Assembly: GCA_963663405.2 (NCBI GenBank)
Contig: CAXXSM010000133.1
Span: forward strand, 1 to 63,106
From: a bacterium
Lineage (GTDB): Bacteria > Hinthialibacterota > Hinthialibacteria > Hinthialibacterales > Hinthialibacteraceae
Length of the DNA stretch: 63,106 bases
Reading direction: 5' to 3'
The notes under the pieces are model-generated. The model had not been told where the DNA came from, did no database searches, and saw only the letters and a program-made list of their open reading frames with translations. Shown piece by piece: positions 50,335 through 61,023 of the stretch (the first letter of the stretch is position 1; each line of letters starts with the position of its first letter). The translations under genes were made by a program, and so were the position numbers.

Positions 50335-51162
50335 ATGGGGAACATCTATGCAGGCGTTAATATGGAATTTGTGAGAAGCCATGATAAATGTTTCGCGGAA
50401 GGAGTCAAAATCGCGGCGGAAATCGGGTATGAGTATATAGAGCCTATGGTCCATACGGGCCGCGAACTGCTGAGCGAGGCGGGGTATTTTCATTCTTTTA
50501 GTATGGAGGAAGACGCGAGGTTGATGAAGCGGATTTGTGATCGGCACAACGTTAAAATTTCCGGTTTATCCGCGCATTGTCCATTGATGCGTCCGGAGAT
50601 CAGCGTTCCCTATTTACGGCGGGCGATCCAATTCGCGGCGGATATCGGTGTTACGATTGTCAATACAGATGAAGGGGTAAAGCCGGATTGGATGGACGAT
50701 GAGACGGCGTTTAACGTGATGGAATATACACTCACCATGGCGTTGCAGACGGCGGAGCGGTACGAAGTCTATATCGGCATCGAAGATCACCAAATCTATA
50801 CGAAGCGAATTGAAGGGCTTCTTAAAATCGCCAGCCTGGTTGATTCACCGTTTCTGCAAATTAATTATGATACTGGCAACGCGTTCATGTCCGGCAACGA
50901 TCCGATCGAGATGTTGAAACCGTGTCTGTCAAAACTCATCCACCTGCACGCGAAAGATATCGGCGGCGCGCAGATGGAGGAGCGAGGTAAAGTGACGGGC
51001 GTTCCCGTAGGGGTCGCCTGCGGGGATGGTGTTGTGGATTGGGCGAAGGTGATTGAACTGCTTCGGCCATTAGAGCGCGATATTGTCATGTCAGTGGAAT
51101 GTGGAACCATCGAACAGGCGGAACGAAGCCTGAAACATCTGAACGAACTTATCGGCAATTGA
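50335..51162 (+). CDS. Sugar phosphate isomerase/epimerase (xylose isomerase-like TIM barrel)
   Basis: IGIEDH, NYDTGN, HLHAKD, G.GVVDW, SVE. Confidence 0.85.
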   Translation: MGNIYAGVNMEFVRSHDKCFAEGVKIAAEIGYEYIEPMVHTGRELLSEAGYFHSFSMEEDARLMKRICDRHNVKISGLSAHCPLMRPEISVPYLRRAIQFAADIGVTIVNTDEGVKPDWMDDETAFNVMEYTLTMALQTAERYEVYIGIEDHQIYTKRIEGLLKIASLVDSPFLQINYDTGNAFMSGNDPIEMLKPCLSKLIHLHAKDIGGAQMEERGKVTGVPVGVACGDGVVDWAKVIELLRPLERDIVMSVECGTIEQAERSLKHLNELIGN

Positions 51163-51179
51163 GATGAAAGGAATCGATC

Positions 51180-52454
51180 ATGAATAAAGAGAATCGCCGG
51201 GAATTTATTCAAAAAGGGATTTCGAGAAGCGCCGCCGCCGGCGTTATCACCGCTGGATTCACCGCCGTCAGTTACAAACGGGTGTACGGCGCGAATGATA
51301 CGATCCGGGTCGGCTCGATCGGCTGTGGCGGCCGTGGGCGTTGGCATATGGGTTGGATTGACCGTTGTTCAGAGGAAGAGAAGGTCAAGATTACAGCGGT
51401 CTGTGATATTTGGGATGTGAACCGTGAACGTGGCGTAGAAGAAGTGAAAAAGCGTTTTGATCTGGTTCCCACCGCCTATAAGTTTCATACTGATTTATTG
51501 GCGAATAAAGAGATCGACGCGGTCGTGATCGCTACGCCGGATCATCTCCACTGTCCTCACCTGATTGACGCGGTCCAAGCGGGAAAAGACGCGTACGTGG
51601 AAAAACCGATTGCGGTCGATCTCAATATTCTGAACAAAACATATGATGTTGTCACCGCGTCGAAGCAGATCGTACAGCATGGCACACAGGGACGCAGCAG
51701 CCGGGGCGCCGCCAGCACGCGCGCATTCGTACAATCAGGGAAATTGGGGGAAATTCTCCGGATTGAAGAAAGCCGCAGCCATTATGTGCCGTATTGGAAC
51801 GCTTACGAAAAACCCAAAAACGAAACCGAAACCAATTGGAAGAAGTTCCTTTATGATCGGAGCGCCCGGCCATTCGACGCGGATCAACATGGAAGCTGGA
51901 TGGGCTACGCCGATTTTTCCAGCGGGACAATCGGGGGCTGGATGAGTCATTTCAGCGATTTCCTTCATTTTGTGACCGGATGTGGTTTTCCCTTGTCGGC
52001 GGTCTCGGATGGAGGGACCTATTCTCCCACATCGGATTCGCAGCGAACCGCGCCGGATACGGTGACCACGATCCTGCGATACAAGGAAGGATTCACTACG
52101 TTGTTTATGACCCACTTCGGTAACGGCGCGAATAATTACACAAAATTTTTCGGAACGAAAGGGACGATGACGTTGAATGATCCTGATGGAAATACGGATG
52201 GCATCGGTCCACGGATTTCAGGCGAGGGGAGCGAACATCCCGATAAAGTGAAAGAAGAATTAATCCTCGATAACACGACGAAAGAAGATCATATGATGAA
52301 TTGGGTTCACTGCATGCAGAGCCGGAAACAACCCAACGCCAAAATGGAAGCGGGGTACATGCACGGTGTCGCCTGTATTCTTGGGGATTTAGCCTGCAAA
52401 GAGAACCGGAGAATGATGTTTGATCCGGAGAAGAGAGAAATCCGGCCTGTGTAG
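51180..52454 (+). CDS. Tat-exported Gfo/Idh/MocA oxidoreductase
   Basis: NRREFIQ twin-arginine, GCGGRG, IATPDHLH, YVEKP, GTQGRS. Confidence 0.9.
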   Translation: MNKENRREFIQKGISRSAAAGVITAGFTAVSYKRVYGANDTIRVGSIGCGGRGRWHMGWIDRCSEEEKVKITAVCDIWDVNRERGVEEVKKRFDLVPTAYKFHTDLLANKEIDAVVIATPDHLHCPHLIDAVQAGKDAYVEKPIAVDLNILNKTYDVVTASKQIVQHGTQGRSSRGAASTRAFVQSGKLGEILRIEESRSHYVPYWNAYEKPKNETETNWKKFLYDRSARPFDADQHGSWMGYADFSSGTIGGWMSHFSDFLHFVTGCGFPLSAVSDGGTYSPTSDSQRTAPDTVTTILRYKEGFTTLFMTHFGNGANNYTKFFGTKGTMTLNDPDGNTDGIGPRISGEGSEHPDKVKEELILDNTTKEDHMMNWVHCMQSRKQPNAKMEAGYMHGVACILGDLACKENRRMMFDPEKREIRPV

Positions 52455-52640
52455 TATTTATAAGTTTAAAAAGATCAAATAGTTATTATTTGTTTGGATC
52501 TATTCCTTTATAATATCTCCACTCAATAATTATATTTGGATTCAGTCTGATTATCGTGTAGTCAATGATATCCGTTTCTTTCTGTTCGTTTTGAAATATA
52601 ATTAGAAATGTAGAATATTGTAAGAATTAAGTGAGATAAG

Positions 52641-52670
52641 TTGACAGTCTAGGTAAATTCTCGTTATCAT
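52641..52670 (+). promoter_or_regulatory. Probable sigma70 promoter for pilC/gspF
   Basis: TTGACA-N18-TATCAT, with an extra TATAAT at 52673; GGAGG RBS downstream. Confidence 0.5.
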
Positions 52671-52742
52671 CCTATAATAGAGTAACAGAAATCTGTGTTT
52701 AAGTTTTTATTTTGAGATCCTCACGGGCAGTGGAGGCGAGTT

Positions 52743-53987
52743 ATGGCAACGTTTAGTTATAAAGCGCTTGATAAAGGTGGTAAAGAGATCAAAGGGAGTA
52801 TCGACGCCACCGGAGAAGAAGCCGTCGTCGAGCGACTAAGGAGTATGGGGTACTTTGTAACCCAGATCAGCAAACACAAACAGGGTGTCGGACAGGTCGA
52901 TCTTTTGGATCTGCCGATTTTCCGGTGGATTGGAAGGGTGATTACAAGGGGAAAAGTCTCCCTGAAGAACCAGTCCGCGTTTTCCCGTCAGCTGGCGACT
53001 CTGATCGGCGCGGGTCTGCCTCTTCTACGCAGTCTTCAGATTTTGCACGAGCAAGTGGAAGACGGTAATCTCAAGGAAGCGCTGGATGGAATTATCGCAT
53101 CGGTTGAGGGAGGAAGTTCTCTCTCCGAGGCGATGGCGAAGTATCCACGAATCTTCAACCGACTTTATGTAAACATGGTGAAGGCGGGTGAGATCGGCGG
53201 CGCGCTGGAACAGGTTTTGGACCGTCTCGCGATGTTCCAGGAAAAGAGTCAAGCGGTTCGTTCGAAGGTGAAAGGCGCGATGTGGTATCCCGCCGTCGTT
53301 ATCACCATCGCGATGAGCGTTGTGTCGATCATTATGATTTTCGTTGTTCCGAAATTCGCTAGTATGTTCGAGAGCCTTGGCGGTGATTTGCCCGGTCCGA
53401 CGCAGATGCTGATTAACGTCAGTGACGGATTGAAAAATTATTGGTATATACCCTTGGCCTCAATTATTGGGCTGATTGTTTTGTTTAAAATCATTGTGAG
53501 CAAACCCGCGGGGCGTTATGTCGTTGACCGGGTTCTCTTGCGGATGCCTGTTTTTGGGTCGATTATTCAGAAATCCGCGATCGCCCGGTTTACGCGGACA
53601 TTTGGAACCTTGCTGGATACAGGAGTTCCCATTCTGCAAACGCTGGTTATTGTTAAGGACACCTCCGGAAACGAGGTGGTCTCGCGCGCGATGGTGGAGA
53701 TTCATTCATCGATTCGAGACGGTGACACTGTTTCCGAGCCGATGAAACAGTTCCCCGTCTTTCCACCACTGGTCTGCCACATGATTGCGGTCGGGGAAGA
53801 GACCGGTCAGCTGGACAAGATGTTGCTGAAGGTCGCGGAAGCGTACGAGCGTGAGGTCGACGACGCGGTCGATGGTCTGGCGAAGTTAATCGAGCCCTTA
53901 TTGATCGTTATGCTGGGTGGAATTGTTGGAACGGTCGTTGTTTGTCTATATCTGCCAATTTTTAGTATTACCAATCAGATCAAATAA
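52743..53987 (+). CDS. pilC: Type II secretion F-family / type IV pilus platform protein
   Basis: FSRQLATLIGAGLP, AGEIGGALE, GAMWYP, GEETGQLDKML, IEPLLIV, LYLPIF. Confidence 0.85.
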   Translation: MATFSYKALDKGGKEIKGSIDATGEEAVVERLRSMGYFVTQISKHKQGVGQVDLLDLPIFRWIGRVITRGKVSLKNQSAFSRQLATLIGAGLPLLRSLQILHEQVEDGNLKEALDGIIASVEGGSSLSEAMAKYPRIFNRLYVNMVKAGEIGGALEQVLDRLAMFQEKSQAVRSKVKGAMWYPAVVITIAMSVVSIIMIFVVPKFASMFESLGGDLPGPTQMLINVSDGLKNYWYIPLASIIGLIVLFKIIVSKPAGRYVVDRVLLRMPVFGSIIQKSAIARFTRTFGTLLDTGVPILQTLVIVKDTSGNEVVSRAMVEIHSSIRDGDTVSEPMKQFPVFPPLVCHMIAVGEETGQLDKMLLKVAEAYEREVDDAVDGLAKLIEPLLIVMLGGIVGTVVVCLYLPIFSITNQIK

Positions 53988-54004
53988 TATCCGAGGAATT
54001 ACAC

Positions 54005-54042
54005 AAAAACCCGCCGTGTTGAAGTACGCGGCGGGTTTTTTT
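54005..54042 (+). terminator. Rho-independent terminator
   Basis: AAAAACCCGCCGTG...CGCGGCGGGTTTTTTT. Confidence 0.85.
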
Positions 54043-54140
54043 CATATCCCTGCTTTGCATAACGCCCACTTTAGAAAAGTTCCACGACTAGATATAATTA
54101 ACGTTTAGCTATTTTCTACTCTTGCCATCGTGGAGAGCTG

Positions 54141-55861
54141 ATGTCTTTGGATAAGCCGGTGATCGTTCAGAGCGATCAGACTGTTTTTCTCGAAGTGGAT
54201 TCCCCCGTTTTCGATGAAGCGCGAGACACGCTGGGGGGCTTCGCGGAACTCGTGAAATGCCCTGAACATATTCACACGTACCGGATTTCTCCCCTTTCGT
54301 TATGGAACGCCGCCAGTTCGGGGACTGTCCGCCGATGATGTGTTGGATGGATTGCGGCGTTATTCCCGGTATCCAATCCCCAATAATGTGGAGACGGATA
54401 TCCGGGAGTATATGGGCCGGTATGGACGGCTTGTGCTGGAGCGAGATGGCGGCCGGTTGATTCTGCGCAGTGAAGATACTCTGTTGCTGGATCAAATCAG
54501 CAACCACAAAAAAACCTGCGTGTATGTGGAATCACGTCCTGATCCCCATGTTTTGGAAATTGGTGGCGCATACCGGGGACGCCTGAAACTGGATCTGATC
54601 AAGGTTGGATTCCCCGTTCAGGACCTTGCGGGGTATGTGGAAGGCGATGAATGTTGTATCCGCCTGCGGGAAAAGACCCTCGTGGGTTTTCCTTTTCAGT
54701 TGAGAGACTATCAACGCGCAGCGGTATCTTCGTTCTACCGGGGAGGCAGCGTAGCGGGAGGAAGCGGTACGGTGGTCCTGCCGTGCGGGGCGGGGAAGAC
54801 CGTCATCGGGATCGGTGTGATGGCGGAGATGAACCGGCAGACTTTGATTCTCGTGACCAACATCGTCGCGCTTCGACAGTGGAAACGGGAAATCCTGGAT
54901 AAAACCTATTTGGAGGAAGATCAAGTCTGCGAGTATAGCGGAGAACGAAAACAGATCGGACCGGTGACGATCGCCACCTATCAGATTCTTACCTCGCGGA
55001 AAAAGAAATCGGACGAATTCACACATCTAAATGTGTTTGAAGCGCAGGATTGGGGATTGATTCTATATGATGAAGTGCATTTACTGCCGGCGCCGGTGTT
55101 CCGTATCACCGCGGATATTCAAGCGCGCCGCCGGTTGGGATTGACGGCGACGCTGGTGCGGGAAGACGGGTTGGAGAGTGATGTTTTTAGTTTGATCGGG
55201 CCGAAGTGTTACGACGTGCCCTGGAAAGCGTTGGAGAAACAGGGGTGGATCGCGCAGGCGGAGTGCAATGAAATCCGGCTTCCGCTCCCGCTGGAGCAGC
55301 GGCGGGAATACGTTATGGCCCAGCCCAGAGCGCAATATCGCGCCGCTTCCGAAAATCCAATGAAACTTGCGGCGTTGAAAACGGTTGATGGAGCGTCATA
55401 AAGGGGATCGAGTGTTGATCATCGGGCAGTATTTACGGCAGCTGCGGGTGGTCTCCTCGGCGTTCCGGCTTCCTTTGCTGACCGGACAGACTTCGAACGC
55501 CGAACGAGAGAAACTCTACGACGCGTTCCGGAAAGGGGAGATCAAACAACTTGTCGTTTCCAAGGTGGCCAATTTCGCGGTCGATCTGCCGGAAGCCAAT
55601 GTAGCGATTCAGATTTCGGGGAGTTTTGGATCCCGCCAGGAGGAAGCGCAGCGGCTTGGCCGGATTCTCCGTCCGAAAGAAGACGGGCGTTCGGCTCATT
55701 TCTACACAATCGTCACGCAGGATAGTACTGAAGGCGAGTTTGCGCAAAAACGGCAGCGGTTTTTAACCGAACAAGGGTACCGGTATTCCATACAAACTTT
55801 CACGGATGAAGAGATCCAACCCGTGGAGATCGAGACGGGCTGCGCCGAAAGCAAAGTATGA
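54141..55861 (+). CDS. XPB/Rad25-family DNA helicase; two apparent +1 frameshifts (54320-54323 G4, 55378-55381 A4)
   Basis: IVQSD..VFLEVD, PEHIHTYRI.PLSLWNA, LRDYQ, LPCGAGKT, DEVH, GLTAT, GSRQEEAQRLGRILR. Confidence 0.9.
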
Positions 55862-57420
55862 ATCTATTTCATCTTCTCTCACAGATTCCACACGAACAAC
55901 TGCAGTGGCTGGCGGAAGAGTTCGGTCTTTCTTCTAGAACTCCATCCCGGCGGAATCTGCTTACTGAAGTCAGTGAAAAATACAAGGATGAGAGTTTTCT
56001 TTCCGATCTCCTTAGCGAACTTGATCCAGACTGCCGGGGGTTATTACGCGCGTTGGTTTTTTTTACGCCTTCGAAAGAAAGCCGTATCAAGATCCCTCAA
56101 TCGTTGGTCCAAGCGTGGTGTTTGCGTGTTTCTTTGGAAGATCGGCTGCGGGAATTGTACAATCGTGGATTGTTGTTTCAGGAGGTGAATGGAGAAGAAG
56201 GGACTGTGCTTTTCCCTGTTGAAATCAAACGCGCTCTCCGTTCGATTTTTCTTACATTCGTTCAACCGGCCCTCTCCACGGCTGAAATCGTGGAACTGGT
56301 GGAGCCAAATGTTGAGATGGGGATTGAGTCTCTATTTCATTTACTATCGGCGCTGCGTCATAGACGTTGCCGGCCAACGCAGACGGGCGCCATTCATGGG
56401 AAAGTCTATGAATTCTGGAAGCAGCGGTTTGGGGGGGCGGCGCCCAGTGAAGAATGGTTTCACATTGTTTTTTCATATGCGCTGCAGAAAGGGCTTTTAA
56501 TTCTTCAGCGAAATTATTATCGGCCAACGAACAAAGTCACTGACTGGTTGAAACAGCCCCGGATGGAGAGCCTTACTGATTTATGGCAATACGTGTTGGA
56601 ATTTTACATCTTAAAAGATCCACATTTTCAACATTTCCTGATTCCGCTATTATCCCTGGAGAAAGATATTCAATCGCCGGATCAAGTACCTGTGATTCGC
56701 TGGCGCGATTTGATAGGCGTGTATTCAGAAAAAACGAGTCTGGAATCGTTGCATCCGGATTCAAAGTATACGCAGTATTTGCATCTAATCGCGGCGCTTG
56801 GGTGTGTCGTATTGGACTCGTATGATTTTCCCCAACGGATTACTTTCACCCGGACGGGGTTGAAACTTTTATTCGGCTTGGATAGGGAGAAGGAGCCGGA
56901 GCCGCCCGCCCATGAATCCTGTGTGTTGCAGGCCAATTTTGAACTCCTGGTTCCTCCGGGCATCGGATATTCCACCTTGTGGAAGATCGATCAGATCGCG
57001 GAATTGATCCACCGGGATATCTTGACCCAATACCGGATTTCGCAGCAGAGCGTTCTCTTTGCTATGCGAAGAGGGTGGACGTCCGAAGCGGTGTATTCGT
57101 TTCTGAATGAGATCACGGATGGACGGATTCCGCAAAACGTACTTTATCACGTTGATGAATGGCGCAATAAATACGGGCAGATTCAATTGAAGCGAATCGT
57201 CTTGGTGGAATGTGCAGGGAAAAATCTAGCCGATGAAATCGAACATATTCCGGATGTGAAAACGCTTTTACGCGATCGGATTGGAGAACGTTATTTTGTC
57301 ATCGATGAATCCGACGCGAAGAAACTTCATCAAACTCTTCTGCAATACGGGTACGAACCAGCGGCCGCGATTCAGATGAGTGAGGAAAGCGCGCGAAACA
57401 CACCGAGTAGGAATCAATGA
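55858..57420 (+). CDS. Helicase-associated domain protein (XPB partner)
   Basis: LQANFELLVPP, YRISQQSV..A...G, IPQNV.Y.V.EW...YG; ATGA overlap with the helicase. Confidence 0.8.
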   Translation: MNLFHLLSQIPHEQLQWLAEEFGLSSRTPSRRNLLTEVSEKYKDESFLSDLLSELDPDCRGLLRALVFFTPSKESRIKIPQSLVQAWCLRVSLEDRLRELYNRGLLFQEVNGEEGTVLFPVEIKRALRSIFLTFVQPALSTAEIVELVEPNVEMGIESLFHLLSALRHRRCRPTQTGAIHGKVYEFWKQRFGGAAPSEEWFHIVFSYALQKGLLILQRNYYRPTNKVTDWLKQPRMESLTDLWQYVLEFYILKDPHFQHFLIPLLSLEKDIQSPDQVPVIRWRDLIGVYSEKTSLESLHPDSKYTQYLHLIAALGCVVLDSYDFPQRITFTRTGLKLLFGLDREKEPEPPAHESCVLQANFELLVPPGIGYSTLWKIDQIAELIHRDILTQYRISQQSVLFAMRRGWTSEAVYSFLNEITDGRIPQNVLYHVDEWRNKYGQIQLKRIVLVECAGKNLADEIEHIPDVKTLLRDRIGERYFVIDESDAKKLHQTLLQYGYEPAAAIQMSEESARNTPSRNQ

Positions 57421-58586
57421 GCGCCTCCAATTTCCAAACCCAGGATGTAGATGTATCTCGCTCCCGTATTCTGATGTTGACCACCGATTCGGCGATCTGC
57501 GGGACCGAACGGATCATTCTTTCGCTTCTTACGCATCTCGACCGGACAAAGTATGACGCGTCGTTGGTGACTCTTTGGGGACCAGGCGATCTCTGTGACG
57601 CCGCCCGCGAGCTCGGTTATCCGGCGCTGAATCTGCGGATGAGAGAGCGTTCGAAGTGGGCCGCGTGGAAGGAATGGCGCCGGTTTTTGAATGAGTTCCG
57701 GCCGGATGTGATCCAAAGTTTGTTGATCCATTCCAACCTGTTGGGACGATTGACGGTTTTATTCCGGCGTAAGATAAAACTCCTTTCGGGAATCAGCACG
57801 GTGTATACCTATGAAGGCTATGGGCGGCTTTACGCCTGGCTGGAACGGTTTACACATCCCCTCGACTCGCTCTATGTGATCAATTCGGAGTTGGGGATGC
57901 GGAACGTGTTGGATCTGATCGGCTTGCCGGATAGGCGGCTCGCGCTGGTTCATAATGGGATCGAGATCACAAACGACTCCCCCGTGGATGGGCCTCTCCG
58001 CAAGCAAGCGCGGGATGAATTTGGATGGACGGATGATCATCTGGTGGTGGGAATTGTCGCGCAGTTCCGCCCGGCGAAGAAACATGATTTTCTGATTCAG
58101 GCGCTCGCCCGGCTGCAGGACCGGTTTCCATCAATCCGTCTCTTGATGATCGGAGAGGGGGAAAGAGAAAAGGAACTTAAACGGCTCGCGCAGGAATTAG
58201 GCGTCAACGAAAAAGCGATCTTCGCGGGGTACCGGTCCGATGCGCGCCGGTTGTTGGCCGGGATGGATGTTTTCGCGCTGCCTTCCCTTGTGGAAGGGGA
58301 ACCGGTGTCTCTTATGGAAGCCATGGACGCGGGACTGCCGGTCGTAGCGGCTGCGGCGGGTGGGATTCCGGAGATCGTCTCCAATAACACCGGAGGAATT
58401 CTGATAGAACCAAACAATTTGGATGCGCTGTGTGACGCTCTCGCGCGTCTTCTTTCGGATTCACAACAACGGAAACAGATGGGAGCGGCGGGACGGGAAC
58501 GAATTCATCAGCAATTTTCCGCGCAACGGATGACCGAGGAATTTCAGAAGTGTTATGAGAGGTGTTTAAGAAAGAGAAAATCCTAA
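57417..58586 (+). CDS. Glycosyltransferase family 4
   Basis: GTER, VHNGI, KKHD.LI, PSLVEGEPVSLMEAM..GLPVV, GGIPE. Confidence 0.9.
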   Translation: MSASNFQTQDVDVSRSRILMLTTDSAICGTERIILSLLTHLDRTKYDASLVTLWGPGDLCDAARELGYPALNLRMRERSKWAAWKEWRRFLNEFRPDVIQSLLIHSNLLGRLTVLFRRKIKLLSGISTVYTYEGYGRLYAWLERFTHPLDSLYVINSELGMRNVLDLIGLPDRRLALVHNGIEITNDSPVDGPLRKQARDEFGWTDDHLVVGIVAQFRPAKKHDFLIQALARLQDRFPSIRLLMIGEGEREKELKRLAQELGVNEKAIFAGYRSDARRLLAGMDVFALPSLVEGEPVSLMEAMDAGLPVVAAAAGGIPEIVSNNTGGILIEPNNLDALCDALARLLSDSQQRKQMGAAGRERIHQQFSAQRMTEEFQKCYERCLRKRKS

Positions 58587-58725
58587 TCGGAGTGAATCAC
58601 TGAACAGAATCTCTTTTTGTATACTGAGCGCGGGCATAATCTGAGCTTTTCAATCCATGTTTAACTTTCAACGGGCTTGTTTCTGGTAATGAGAAGCGAA
58701 GATTACAATCGCATAGAGTAGCTGG

Positions 58726-58834
58726 GTAGCAAGGGGAAGGTTTTTTCTCTCCTTGCATAATTTCCGGAAAGTAGCCAGGGCAGAAAAAAGTAAAGGCTCC
58801 GGCGAAAACGCCGGTATTTGCTCTGGGTGCCCGC
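58726..58834 (+). repeat. Composite GTAG REP-like repeat (families B and C)
   Basis: Two GTAG-led hairpins. 58750-58790 matches 62178-62218 at 40 of 41 nt. Confidence 0.8.
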
Positions 58835-59307
58835 TCCATAGAAAGGAATTAAATCATGAGAATTTTCTTTTACTCTTTCGTTATTCTGTCATTATTTGTC
58901 AAGAGCAGTTACTCGTCAATAGAATTTTGTCCAAGTATTGAACTGCTTGTGCTGAAGTCCGATTTGATCGCATGTTGCACCTGTGAGGTGGAAAATGAGA
59001 AAATGTCATTTCATGTCAAGACTGTTTTGTTGGGCGAATCATCCAACTCAATAGACAAAATTAAAACAAATTACAATCACAGCGAATGGAAAGGTTTGGA
59101 AGAATCGGAAATACTTCTCTTTTTTGAAAAAAAAAAGCAATGAAAAGGAAAAGTATCGTATTTTGAAGGAATCATTGTATATAAAACCTATTACATTAGA
59201 TGGAAACAGAATTGTTTACTCAGATAATGTTAAAGTGAAGGGCTTGTATGACAAAGATTTTAAGAAAATCGAAGATCTTGATTCTCTAAAAAAAAGGATT
59301 TCCAAAT

Positions 59308-61023
59308 TCAGACCTCCTGATCTGGGGGATATTGATCTGACACCAATTGGTAAACGAGACGTAGATTCGTGCCAGGATAAATGGTTTCGGTTTCATTCAA
59401 TTGAGCGGCCAAATGACGGGCGGCTTGATCGGAAAGGCGGTTGGTCAAGTGATGGAGCCGAACCGTGAGAATCTCTTTTTCTTCATCGGGAATCAGATCC
59501 GCCTCGGTGGTCATGATTTCCCGCGCCAACGAACGCGCATCGTCTCCCCGGCTCAGCACCTCCCGCAGGATTGCCACCATCGCCGTTTCCGCCCGATACG
59601 CAATCATTCGAATCGTATCCATGAATTGTTTCTTCGCTGGAGCCAATTGGTGAAATTTTGCCTCCTCTGGCAAGTCCACAAACGCGATATGCTTTTTCGT
59701 TTGCTTCCGGCTCCGCTTGAACTCATCGAGTTGTTTCTCCATCCCTCCGATCTCTTCAAGGAGGGCGCCTTTCTGGATTTCATAGCATTCGATCTCTTTC
59801 GGATCGGAGGATTCCTTTAGGACAAGGGCGCCGAATTCCGCTTGCTTTCGAGTCTTTTTCCCCGCCAGGCTTTTGATCTGACTTTCCAATTTCCGATAGG
59901 CCGGATTCACCACTTTCACCGTCTCATCCGGCAAGACCGTTTCATACCCGATAAGTCCATCTAAATGAAAGTGTTCCATCATGTACCGAAAGAAGTTTTC
60001 CTGACACCAACGCGCGAACATATGCGCCGCCAGTTGACTCGCATCCGATGTATAATCCGTACTGATCACAGCGGTTTGATGCCCTGTATCCCCCAACTTG
60101 CGAATCTCCCGCACCCAGATTTTTCCTCCCAGAAAGACGCCTCTCTCGGCCAAGCGCATCGGCGATTCATGCCCACCAGGCAGACGCACATTCACTGTCT
60201 CGAATTCTGAAACTGGCCAATCTTCTCCCTGAAACTTGCGGTACGTTTGACACGCGATCCGCGAATCCCACATCTGAGCGAAGAATCCGGGGCTATAGCC
60301 TTCCCGGTCGAACACCAGGACGAACCGGTGGAGATAGGGATTGGATTCAAGGTTTTCGGCCGTGGGTTGATGGGGAACATCTTTTAGCAACTGTGGAACA
60401 ATGTCTTGTTTGAGCCGATCCAACAAGCCGGTGGTGAATGGAGTGCTCACCACAAAGAAGGGGCGGCCTTCGCCGTCGTTCACCCAATAGTCGGTGAGTC
60501 CACGCAAACATAATCGTTGACGCGCGACATAGCGGCGGGGCAGTTTCGTTTGCGAACCGTGATAGACGCGGACATGACCATCGACATATAAAACGCCCGC
60601 CGCGTCCGGATCCGCCTCCATCCACTCCCGGGACAATTCGTCCCCCCATTCTTTGATCTGGTCTGGTTGGGCGAGAATTTTGATTTTTTCCCGCAGGGTC
60701 CGCACTTCGGGAATTCGATCTAAGCCCAGTAACTTGCCCCCTTCCCCCGCGGGATGATAGCGCAACTGTTCCGGCGTTTTGATCCGCGTCAACGCCATGA
60801 AAGCCAACACAATAAAAATGTGGACGCAACTGTAAAATCCTTTGGGGAGAGAAAAGTTCTTCGAGACATTCTTCAGCAGCCCGTTGGCGAGTAACGCGGG
60901 CATCGCCCATAACACGCCGCCTTGCGCCACATCCAATTCCGTCTCGAAACGAGTCGGGGCTTCCTCCAACTGCCCGGTCGCCGCGCAGACCCGCTCCACC
61001 ATTCGCGTACAGCCCATCCCCAT
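59308..61023 (-). CDS. Transposase catalytic ORF (DDE-like)
   Basis: LYVDGH, LVFDREG and RW.QENFF give a D-D-E pattern; lies inside the TIRs. Confidence 0.85.
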   Translation of the reverse strand: MGMGCTRMVERVCAATGQLEEAPTRFETELDVAQGGVLWAMPALLANGLLKNVSKNFSLPKGFYSCVHIFIVLAFMALTRIKTPEQLRYHPAGEGGKLLGLDRIPEVRTLREKIKILAQPDQIKEWGDELSREWMEADPDAAGVLYVDGHVRVYHGSQTKLPRRYVARQRLCLRGLTDYWVNDGEGRPFFVVSTPFTTGLLDRLKQDIVPQLLKDVPHQPTAENLESNPYLHRFVLVFDREGYSPGFFAQMWDSRIACQTYRKFQGEDWPVSEFETVNVRLPGGHESPMRLAERGVFLGGKIWVREIRKLGDTGHQTAVISTDYTSDASQLAAHMFARWCQENFFRYMMEHFHLDGLIGYETVLPDETVKVVNPAYRKLESQIKSLAGKKTRKQAEFGALVLKESSDPKEIECYEIQKGALLEEIGGMEKQLDEFKRSRKQTKKHIAFVDLPEEAKFHQLAPAKKQFMDTIRMIAYRAETAMVAILREVLSRGDDARSLAREIMTTEADLIPDEEKEILTVRLHHLTNRLSDQAARHLAAQLNETETIYPGTNLRLVYQLVSDQYPPDQEV

